Assembly: GCA_965243205.1 (NCBI GenBank)
Contig: CBDEUK010000002.1
Location: 64,001 to 128,000, forward strand
Length of the DNA: 64,000 bases
Direction: 5' to 3'
Source: Gammaproteobacteria bacterium
GTDB lineage: Bacteria > Pseudomonadota > Gammaproteobacteria > Eutrophobiales > Eutrophobiaceae
How positions within the stretch are numbered: position 1 is the stretch's first letter; every line of letters begins with the position of its first letter. Of the stretch, positions 9,370-17,112 are shown piece by piece. The notes under the pieces were generated by a model. It saw only the letters and a list, made by a program, of their open reading frames with translations, was not told where the DNA came from and did not search any database. A program made the position numbers and the translations under genes.

Positions 9370-9990
9370 GTGCCTAGAAAACAGTGGGATCAGAAAAATC
9401 CGTATTGCAGACGATCAAAGCTCACCAAGGAGGCTTTTGAGCATGTCGTGTTGCACTACTTTATTGAAGTTACTTCAGGTCGAACACGAGACGTCTACGT
9501 TCAGCAGTTGAAGTCTGGGGCTAATGGATTTTCCATTACGCGCCAGACATTGAGCAGATATTTCGACATGATCGGTCAGTACATCTGGGACAATATGATC
9601 GTTCCGACCGATCCTGAGTACGAAGATAAACACGCGCTTGATCCGCTGCTTGATTTTGTCTACGGGAAAATCGAGCGCCTGCCGCGTAACTACAATTTAC
9701 TCTACCGATACATGGACGACTTTCCTGTCAAAGCAAAACATCCAGATTTGCCCGTTCAACGCACACTCATGTTTCATCTGTTGTTACAGCGCTCGAAAAC
9801 ACTGAGAGGCTTTTCGAAAAAGCAGTTCTATCTGGAGTTCAGCCGAATTTTCTTTATGTGTTTCGTTGTTGAACAAAAAGGGCTGGATATGAGTCGTAAC
9901 GATAATTTTCATGAATATTTTATGACGAAGAAGATCAATCAAGTAGCCTACACATGGATGATTAGAATTCTCCGAGAACATCCACTATAG
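9370..9990 (+). CDS. Hypothetical protein resembling an IS1595-family transposase without its DDE core
   Basis: N-term NPYCRRSKLTKEAF...ITRQTLSRYF (HTH-like) and C-term RSKTLRGFSKKQFYLEF resemble the two ends of IS1595 transposases. Confidence 0.5.
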   Translation: MPRKQWDQKNPYCRRSKLTKEAFEHVVLHYFIEVTSGRTRDVYVQQLKSGANGFSITRQTLSRYFDMIGQYIWDNMIVPTDPEYEDKHALDPLLDFVYGKIERLPRNYNLLYRYMDDFPVKAKHPDLPVQRTLMFHLLLQRSKTLRGFSKKQFYLEFSRIFFMCFVVEQKGLDMSRNDNFHEYFMTKKINQVAYTWMIRILREHPL

Positions 9991-9991
9991 G

Positions 9992-10390
9992 TCAGGGTTC
10001 AAAATCAGGAGAGTCTTCTTCAGCTTCAGCCTTATAGACACGCTCAGCGAATTCCTGAAGATGTTCGGGCAGTTCCCACCCATCTTCTTCAGCGTCTATC
10101 TCTTCTTTCACCTTAAGCATCATATCCACGAGTTTTTGTGGAAACTGATATTCACCGCCTGCTATTTGTTGCGCGAGAGCGAAGCTCTGAAAATGTCTGA
10201 CTGTATCGTTTATTGGTTCGAGTTCACTTATCGCAGATCGAATTTCCGCCATTGAGAGCAAGTTTTTATATGCTTCAAGGTGCTCAGGTATTTCCTCGGC
10301 GCTTTCAAGGTCGGGGTTTTGTCTTGCCCAGTCTAAAAATGCTCTTTTGAATTCTTCTCTATAATCTGAACTTGTGTCTGTATCTGTCAT
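9992..10390 (-). CDS. Hypothetical acidic protein
   Basis: 132-aa ORF with AGGAAGG RBS-like sequence upstream. Confidence 0.6.
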   Translation of the reverse strand: MTDTDTSSDYREEFKRAFLDWARQNPDLESAEEIPEHLEAYKNLLSMAEIRSAISELEPINDTVRHFQSFALAQQIAGGEYQFPQKLVDMMLKVKEEIDAEEDGWELPEHLQEFAERVYKAEAEEDSPDFEP

Positions 10391-10478
10391 CCATAACTGC
10401 CTTCCTTAGTTATGGATATCAGAAAAAGATTAAGAAATTCAATAAAAAAGCAAAGGTGCAGTATGGCCAGTAAACGCG

Positions 10479-10808
10479 CTACTTCTTTGATTTCGTTTCG
10501 GCCTCGGCAATTCGTTCTCTTAGATTTCGCAGGTGATATACGGTGCGCTTGCCTTTCTCCTGCTTTTCGCCGCTTTTCATGTGAGGAATTGTTTGCTCAA
10601 CATAGTCGGCCAGTTTGTCGATGGCTTCGGCGCTAGAAACTTTTCTATCGGAGGGTTGCTGCGATTCAAGATACCTTTTCATAGGCGCGAGGATTTGCTG
10701 GAAAGCGCGCACGTCGATCTGAATTTTCGGAGTTTCCTCAAGCTCAAGGTTATCGGCGATTTTGGAAAGAATTTCCTTGATATCGTTTGGATCAATCGGC
10801 TTTTTCAA
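10479..10808 (-). CDS. Hypothetical protein directly downstream of hipA
   Basis: 109-aa ORF starting (TTG) 9 bp after the hipA stop, same strand. Confidence 0.55.
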   Translation of the reverse strand: MKKPIDPNDIKEILSKIADNLELEETPKIQIDVRAFQQILAPMKRYLESQQPSDRKVSSAEAIDKLADYVEQTIPHMKSGEKQEKGKRTVYHLRNLRERIAEAETKSKK

Positions 10809-10817
10809 GGCAATTGC

Positions 10818-12077
10818 CTATTGTTCAGTCGAGTAGGGGTTTAGAAACTGCCGTCGCCAAAAAAGTTTCTTATCCACTTTGCTGAGTTCTGCTTCTTCGC
10901 AGACCGCGCCCCAATTGTTTTCAATCGTGCCTATCAGGTGTGCGAAGATGGCGCGGGCATCGTCGTCCGAAAGCAGGAAGTGGTTTGCCGCTTCAACACA
11001 GGATTTGAGTTGGCTCATATTATTGTTGCCCGATATCAGCATGGCCTGAGATGCCTCATTGCCTGCCCGCCCTTGCGGGCAAATGTCATATGCAGGCGTC
11101 AGAGTCAGCGATCCACCGTCCCAAAAGGCTGCGTGGTTGCGGGCGTGGTCATCGGTATTGCCGCACAGGATATTAAAAGCGAGCCGTGAGAACAGTTCCC
11201 GCAGCGTGTCTTTCGGATCGGTGAAACGGTGGCGAATAATCTCAGCCAGTGTTTCGTAACTGGCGTATCGCGCCATCATGTCGTCCAGTCCGAGCAACGT
11301 CAGTGCTGATACCATGGCCTTGCGAGACCAGTTTCCGCCTTTTGGTTGACGGTCGAAACGCTCGATCAGCAGCACGTCCTTGTTGGCGGCCTTGACCAGT
11401 TTGACTGGCGCGACATTCAATCCGGCAATGTCCGCCAGCCGCATAGCAATAAATTCGGCTTTGACGACGCTATAGAGGTCTGTACTGGATGAAAACTTGG
11501 CGACGTATTTCCTGCCCTGATCTTGAATCAACGCTTTTGGACGCGCCCCGCCAATGGAGCTGCCGTGGAACAACGCCTGATCCAGCTCAGGCGTCAATGG
11601 AACACCTTTCTCGACCCGTTCAGCGGACTCGATAAGCTCTTCCATACTGACGTTATTTGCAGAGCGCGGCACATACTCAGTTGGGGAGCGCTGAAAATCC
11701 AGCGCACCGATCCGGTCGGAGCCGGATTCCAGCAGATAGGTCAATTCGTCCAGCTCGGCTGTATCCGTATCAGCGCCTCTTAGTCCCAGCTTCTTGTTGA
11801 TAATCACGCGCCGACCCCACGCATCGGGAGCAGCGTCCCGAATACAGCCGGGCATGGTCAAACCTTCGGGCAACGGCAACGCTCCGGCTTGCAACGGCAA
11901 TTCAGGTTCGTAAATTGGCATTGCTGCGGGCTGGCCGCCAATACGGTCGAGGTAGCTCTTACCGTAGTTGAACAGAACATTGCCGTTATCCGCCTCCAGC
12001 CGTCCGGCGACCACTGGCGTGGTTTCGTCCGGCAGCCAAATCCAAACGAAGGCTTCTCTTTCGCTGTTAGAAGTCAT
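10818..12077 (-). CDS. hipA: HipA-family Ser/Thr kinase toxin
   Basis: HipA N-terminal coupling domain, P-loop GSSIGGARPKA, VAKF, ERFDR, NTDDHARNH, PAYDI. Confidence 0.92.
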   Translation of the reverse strand: MTSNSEREAFVWIWLPDETTPVVAGRLEADNGNVLFNYGKSYLDRIGGQPAAMPIYEPELPLQAGALPLPEGLTMPGCIRDAAPDAWGRRVIINKKLGLRGADTDTAELDELTYLLESGSDRIGALDFQRSPTEYVPRSANNVSMEELIESAERVEKGVPLTPELDQALFHGSSIGGARPKALIQDQGRKYVAKFSSSTDLYSVVKAEFIAMRLADIAGLNVAPVKLVKAANKDVLLIERFDRQPKGGNWSRKAMVSALTLLGLDDMMARYASYETLAEIIRHRFTDPKDTLRELFSRLAFNILCGNTDDHARNHAAFWDGGSLTLTPAYDICPQGRAGNEASQAMLISGNNNMSQLKSCVEAANHFLLSDDDARAIFAHLIGTIENNWGAVCEEAELSKVDKKLFWRRQFLNPYSTEQ

Positions 12078-12405
12078 CGCGTACCGCCTTCGATTTCTTG
12101 CGAATGGACTTCGGTAGCAGTGCTAGTTTGTCCTTGGTCTGGTTCAGGTGTTTGGAAAGCGTGGTTTCATCAGCGTCAAAGAGCTTTACCCTGACAATGG
12201 TGGCCACTTCAAACATCGCGCCGATTTCGCACTTAAGGTCGCCTTTTTCAATGCGTTGCAGCAGACCTCTGGAAATGCCCGCACGGTCGGCCACTTCCTG
12301 AGCGGTTAGCTTGCGTTCTTTGCGTGCTTCACGGATCAGTGCGCCAAGCAATGCAGTTGCATCGCGGCTGTATCGAGAATAGGTACGTGTAATTGACTTT
12401 GGCAT
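12067..12405 (-). CDS. XRE-family HTH antitoxin (HipB-like)
   Basis: IREARKERKLTAQEVADRAGISRGLLQRIEKG HTH; overlaps the hipA start. Confidence 0.88.
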   Translation of the reverse strand: MPKSITRTYSRYSRDATALLGALIREARKERKLTAQEVADRAGISRGLLQRIEKGDLKCEIGAMFEVATIVRVKLFDADETTLSKHLNQTKDKLALLPKSIRKKSKAVRDDF

Positions 12406-12416
12406 CGCTCAAAAAC

Positions 12417-12550
12417 TGATCTGTATATAGCCCACAAAACTGCCTCATGGGCTTTCTATGAACCAAAATAGTAGCTCTGAATGATTTTGTCAAGATAAAA
12501 ATGATCCTTATATAGATCATAAAACGCTTTTGTGATCTATATGTAGTGCA
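12417..12550. promoter_or_regulatory. Four putative HipB-type operators (TGATC-N8-GATCA consensus)
   Basis: Sites at 12417-12434, 12448-12465, 12502-12519 (perfect) and 12533-12550, upstream of the antitoxin; same 5-8-5 geometry as E. coli hip operators. Confidence 0.6.
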
Positions 12551-12553
12551 TTT

Positions 12554-13867
12554 CTAGTGAGTAGAGCTTATCGTCTCCACGACCAGAGCGATCTTCTGAA
12601 GCCATTTGAGCTTTTGCTTCAGACTCGGACCATCCCCATAACGGGGACGGTCGTAGCGATGTCCCATCAACGCAGCCTGAACCTTGTCAGGGGGTTCTAC
12701 GGCGGTCAGTCGATCTTCGAAGCTGTGGCGGAGGCTGTAAACGGTATGGTTTTCGCTCGGCAGTAAGCCGTGATCGCGAAGGTACTTATTCAAATTCGCT
12801 GATAGCTGGTCTGGTTTGCGGTAGTACCGATCAAAGCCGTTGCCTAATTCTCGGAAGGCATAGAGCGAAGCGCCGACCAGCGGAATTTGCCTCTTGCTGT
12901 AGCGATTCTTGATTTCTTTGGTTTCGTCAGGCCGGATAAAAATAAACGGAATTTCAGTATCCAGCCTAATATCTCCGGCTTCAGGGTTCAGGCCAACCAA
13001 CTCGGACGGCCTTGCCCCTGTATCGGCGAACGCAAAAAGGAAATACTTTGCTTCGCTGTTCAACCCCTTCAGATTTTTGTGATTGAGCAGTGTGTTGGCG
13101 ATAAAGTCCGTCTCAAACGGCTTTTTCTCACTGTCACCTTCTTTGAAGTGGATACGAGCAAAGAGCGCGTCCACATCAAAGGGGACATCCTTGTTATCTT
13201 GCGCAAAGGTGAGCAGGGACTTCAGATGCGTTAAATCCTTGTTCGGCGAATTGGGCGACATGCGTTCTTCCTGAAGGCGATCAGCCCACCATGCCCGAAA
13301 TGTCAGGATATGATCGCGGCTGATTTCATCGGCTGATAAATCGCCGCAAACGTTCAGAAAGTTCCGAAACGCCTTGATGCGCGGGTTTCTCCACTTGCGA
13401 AGCTGGTTCTCGGTCTTGCCGATCAGGTTCGGCTTCGTGAAGGCGTAGTAGTCTTCCCATAGTTCATCCAATGGCAAACGTGGCTTGTCGAAGACACCGA
13501 GCAATGCGCCTACTGTTTCCTCGTCCAGTGTTTCTTGCGCGGCGAGCGTGTTGGTTCGGTTGATGATCTTGTGCAGCTCGTCCTGCGCCAATTCATCGAC
13601 GGATTTGTATGAGAAGTCGTAAGCCTGCGCGATCTCAATCGCACGCTGAAAAGCCCGATCTTTATCGTAGGAGGGGCGGTCGGACAATCTCGACCATATT
13701 CTTTCGATTTCTTTGTCGAGAATAGAAGCGCGTTGTATAGCGACGGATTCTGCATCGGTCTTTAACGCTACTTGCAGAAACTGCTTTCCATTGTAGTGTT
13801 CTCGATGTTGTTTTGGTATTCGTCTCTTGTAGTGAAACCATTTCCCTATTTTTATGTATCGCCGCAT
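12554..13867 (-). CDS. Tyrosine recombinase/integrase
   Basis: N-terminal arm-binding WFHYKRRIP domain; catalytic TGARPSE, YSLRHSF, LMGH..RY. Confidence 0.92.
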   Translation of the reverse strand: MRRYIKIGKWFHYKRRIPKQHREHYNGKQFLQVALKTDAESVAIQRASILDKEIERIWSRLSDRPSYDKDRAFQRAIEIAQAYDFSYKSVDELAQDELHKIINRTNTLAAQETLDEETVGALLGVFDKPRLPLDELWEDYYAFTKPNLIGKTENQLRKWRNPRIKAFRNFLNVCGDLSADEISRDHILTFRAWWADRLQEERMSPNSPNKDLTHLKSLLTFAQDNKDVPFDVDALFARIHFKEGDSEKKPFETDFIANTLLNHKNLKGLNSEAKYFLFAFADTGARPSELVGLNPEAGDIRLDTEIPFIFIRPDETKEIKNRYSKRQIPLVGASLYAFRELGNGFDRYYRKPDQLSANLNKYLRDHGLLPSENHTVYSLRHSFEDRLTAVEPPDKVQAALMGHRYDRPRYGDGPSLKQKLKWLQKIALVVETISSTH

Positions 13868-14131
13868 GTGTCAAAAAACGTGTGAAAATTGTGTGAAAAT
13901 TTCAATATACAGCGAATACGTAAAGATACCCTTTACGTCAATGGCTTAATCGAAACACACAGTGAGCAAGCGTTTGGTTTTTAGCGGTGAATGTTGGGAA
14001 TTGTGTGAAAATGGCTCCCCGGGCCGGATTGGAAATGCTCTTTTGAGGCAGGCTAGAGCATTGAAATAGCTTTCTTATTATTCTTCGCTAAGTTTCTGTG
14101 TGTGAAAATTGTGTCAAAAAGTGTGTGAAAA
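13867..14131 (+). repeat. attP-like region: seven direct TGTGT(G/C)AAAA repeats around a tRNA 3'-end-like core
   Basis: Repeats at ~13867, 13880, 13890, 14002, 14099, 14110, 14122; core 14012-14030 reads AATCCGGCCCGGGGAGCCA on the minus strand (tRNA-Asn-like 3' end with CCA). Confidence 0.75.
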
Positions 14132-14133
14132 AA

Positions 14134-14445
14134 TTATGTCGCTCTGCCCGTCATGAAAATTGTGGATAACCTTTCTTGAGCTACCTGTTTGGCAAGCTGC
14201 AACAGATCGTTTTGGTCTTCGTATTTCTTGACTTCGCGGTGAAGTCTTTCGAATAGTGGCAGGTATTTGTCACCATATTTGCTGACGATCCTCGCAAGTA
14301 ACTGGTACGCCTGAGCAACATCATTATAGTTGATGTCGCCTTTCTCCAGCCTTGCCTCAATTGTAGCGATCAGAGTGCTGCTTAATTCTTGGTGCGGCCT
14401 GCACTTCGATAAACAATATCTAAGACTCCAGTCGCTTCTTGCCAT
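14134..14445 (-). CDS. Hypothetical protein coupled to alpA
   Basis: TAATG overlap with the AlpA stop; helical protein (YGDKYLPLFERLHREV). Confidence 0.6.
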   Translation of the reverse strand: MARSDWSLRYCLSKCRPHQELSSTLIATIEARLEKGDINYNDVAQAYQLLARIVSKYGDKYLPLFERLHREVKKYEDQNDLLQLAKQVAQERLSTIFMTGRAT

Positions 14446-14735
14446 TAGGTGGCCTCCTGCTGGATAGACTGGTGGTATCGGTGAGGGTTCTTGATCCATT
14501 CGTGCAAGTCCCGCAGATAGAAGGCCTTGTAGTTTGAATTTCTTTTTCTGGATATCTTACGAGGCGCGGGAAAAGTACCGCACTCTATCCGGCGGTTAAT
14601 TTCTCGACGGGATATACCGCAGAGCTTCACGGCCAGCTTTATCGGTATCAGCGCATTGCTTTGAATCATCAAAGCGGCAGTGACTTGCGCTTCAAAATCG
14701 GCTTTGATACTTCTGCCCTTCAGAATCTCTTCCAT
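14445..14735 (-). CDS. AlpA-family regulator/excisionase
   Basis: LIPIKLAVKLCGISRREINRRIECGTFPAPRKIS...DLHEWI is the AlpA pattern; AAGGA RBS before ATG at 14735. Confidence 0.8.
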   Translation of the reverse strand: MEEILKGRSIKADFEAQVTAALMIQSNALIPIKLAVKLCGISRREINRRIECGTFPAPRKISRKRNSNYKAFYLRDLHEWIKNPHRYHQSIQQEAT

Positions 14736-15205
14736 GGTGCAATCCTTTCGCAAATTAACGAGCGGCATTGCCGCTTATCTTCACTGCACCCATGTCTGAA
14801 AATGAGGCAAACCGTCAATGACGGGAAGTGGTTCGTGCTCTCGAAGAAGCCACACCTCTACCCTAATGCTACGCTGAGTCTCTTAATAATTCGTTAATAC
14901 CTGCCGAAAAATGCACGCTCACAGCGGCTTTCGATCTAGCGGGTCAGTTCAGAGCATGTCATTCAGTCCTTTTGCTTTGCGAACCGAAGAATAGTTATTT
15001 CGTGCCTTATTGCGTGAACGCTACCCGACAGGTGGCTCGAATCAAATCATTTTTCCCGTAAACGGCTGTAAAGGCGATAAATCGCCAACAGCCGCTAACA
15101 GTCCCCCACAAAATATTTTGACACGAGCCTATCTCCTGACGGGTTGATCGCTGTTCACAAGGCCGAAATACCTCGGTTCTTGAAACAAGCAAAAGGAGAT
15201 TACTC

Positions 15206-15436
15206 ATGACAACTCAAGAAAACACTGCAACGCAGAAAGCCAGCTCGAAGCCTACTCATAACCTTCGTAAGAAGATCGGCTACGGCAAGCAAACCGAATT
15301 CGAAACTATCGGTGTCGCATGGGCACGAGAAGACGGTGGCTTCTACGTCAAGCTCTACGGAACGCAGGTCATTGATGGCGGCTTTTACGCCGTTCCAGTG
15401 AAGCAGGATGCAGAAGAGACAGAGAGCGGCAACTAA
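15206..15436 (+). CDS. Small mobile-element protein (IGVAW..DGG motif; possibly ssDNA-binding)
   Basis: AGGAG RBS; beta-rich ETIGVAWAREDGGFYVKL; acidic tail; own terminator. Confidence 0.65.
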   Translation: MTTQENTATQKASSKPTHNLRKKIGYGKQTEFETIGVAWAREDGGFYVKLYGTQVIDGGFYAVPVKQDAEETESGN

Positions 15437-15449
15437 GCCGCTCTTTTTT
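15423..15449. terminator. Intrinsic terminator between convergent genes
   Basis: AGAGCGGC-aactaa-GCCGCTCT followed by a T run. Confidence 0.7.
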
Positions 15450-16254
15450 ACTGGAGTTTCGGGAGGCCATTACTGATGACATCTCGAAACAATCCGTCTA
15501 CGTCTGCACTTTCAGAAATTCCCGCAGAGATATTGATCATATGACTTTTTCCGAATTGATCGCCTAGGGTTGTGAACTCACTAGCCGTGCAAGAGTTCGG
15601 GTCATTTTCCCTCAAATTCGCGAGCGCAACATTCGTATGAATTATGCCAATGGAATGACCGAATTCGTGCGTAATTGTGTCTTGCACTTTTTCGAGCAAC
15701 GAAAATCGCTGGCTGACTGTGTGCTCCTGCATGAATCGCTGCGCACCCATGTCTATGCCAATGACTGGTTCAGATAGACTTGAATATGATTTTCTTCCTA
15801 ATTCGTCGAGTTCCTCATTGTCATTTGTTGGGAAACTGGCAAAGCCACTTATATGGCTATTGCCATCAAAAGCAAATATGCGTAGGTCGGGATTCTGGTC
15901 GATAGGTACGAATTCGATTTTCCCTGTGTACCAAAATCCAATCGCTTGCCGCACAGCGTCCTGAATGCCATTGGGGAAAGTGTCTGGCTCGCCCAGATCG
16001 AATTGCTTCTCGTCGAGATAAGAAGATAATTCTTCGGTCATTAGCTCAGGTGGAAAGTCGCCCTCTACAATTGCGATCTTCATTGTAGGGAGCGTCATAA
16101 GAGGCTTACCCGCAGGTTCGTCGCCATTCATCAGAATGCCGTGCTCCAGAACCGCCTGCCTACATTGATCACTAATATTCATAATTATGGATACTGTGAT
16201 TGCACGATCACTGTCAAGTTTTGACCACGGCCTAATGCCCCAGAGCGTTTTCAT
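15448..16254 (-). CDS. Metzincin-type zinc metalloprotease (matrixin-like)
   Basis: HEFGHSIGIIH zinc motif, upstream GFASFP strand, downstream candidate Met-turn (SHM). Confidence 0.7.
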   Translation of the reverse strand: MKTLWGIRPWSKLDSDRAITVSIIMNISDQCRQAVLEHGILMNGDEPAGKPLMTLPTMKIAIVEGDFPPELMTEELSSYLDEKQFDLGEPDTFPNGIQDAVRQAIGFWYTGKIEFVPIDQNPDLRIFAFDGNSHISGFASFPTNDNEELDELGRKSYSSLSEPVIGIDMGAQRFMQEHTVSQRFSLLEKVQDTITHEFGHSIGIIHTNVALANLRENDPNSCTASEFTTLGDQFGKSHMINISAGISESADVDGLFRDVISNGLPKLQ

Positions 16255-16917
16255 TGTTCGTCCTCGGAAAGGTGTCGGTATATATTCCTATTGCCGTCAG
16301 GTTAGTGCTTGGGGCATAGTCCGGCACAACCGTCATCGCGCATCTAGCATCTGTGTCTAACGGTGCGACGCGAGTGCAGCATAGTTTCGGTTTTGGCGAA
16401 AACCCGTGTCTGCGATGACCGCAAGATGTGTGCGTGTAGTACAAAATCTTCGATTTCGTCCTCCCCGCACCATCTTGGCAAGGGAGATAGCTAGCCGCTC
16501 TCCCGTTGCATCCCTCATGGCCGCTCTAGGCTTCAGCCGCAGGAAACCTGCATCTTCAGGCAAGAGCTGAGTGGTGCATACAAGGCATCGAGCCTTTGCT
16601 GCACCAGCGAACGTGTGGCCGTTCGATCACCATTGGGGAGTCTTCAGCGCTCCCGCAAACCCCATCGACCAGAGCTTGGAGAAGTGCCTCTCCATCTGGA
16701 CTGAACCATGCACCAACCGTCCGCCGTTTGGATACCGTGAACAGGTCGCTGTTCAATCACGACCAACCCTACGCGGATTGGATGCCGTAAGCGTTCTGCC
16801 GCTTAACCACAGCCAAGGAGCGTCCTTGGATGCGTGTATGACCGCTCATTTCGGCTCTAATTGTCTATTCCGTAATTTTCCATTATTCTCTCACCCATCA
16901 TTCGAGTGGATAAAAAA

Positions 16918-17100
16918 ATGAGTGATGAAATTATGACCTTGAAAGAGGTCGCTGAATATCTCAAGTTGAATGAGAAGACGGCATACCGTCTCGCCGCAGA
17001 AAACAAATTACCCGGCTTCAAAGCTGGTGGCAGTTGGCGCTTCAAACGGACAGATATTGAGCAGTGGATCGCCGCTCAAATATCGAATGAAAAAAAGTAA
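16918..17100 (+). CDS. Excisionase-like HTH (HTH_17) DNA-binding protein
   Basis: IMTLKEVAEYLKLNEKTAYRLA...LPGFKAGGSWRF; leads the R-M operon. Confidence 0.88.
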   Translation: MSDEIMTLKEVAEYLKLNEKTAYRLAAENKLPGFKAGGSWRFKRTDIEQWIAAQISNEKK

Positions 17101-17112
17101 CGGGATAATTTG

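Noticed and set aside
14012-14034. Possible tRNA gene on the minus strand
   Set aside because: Only the 3' ~19-23 nt are tRNA-like; there is no anticodon or D arm.
13867-14131. TGTGTGAAAA repeats as a CRISPR array or replication iterons
   Set aside because: Repeats are only ~10 bp, irregularly spaced, with no cas or rep gene; integrase arm sites fit better.
16260-16900. Cluster of 60-116 aa ORFs upstream of the R-M operon
   Set aside because: No recognisable motif or convincing RBS; may be regulatory or decayed sequence.
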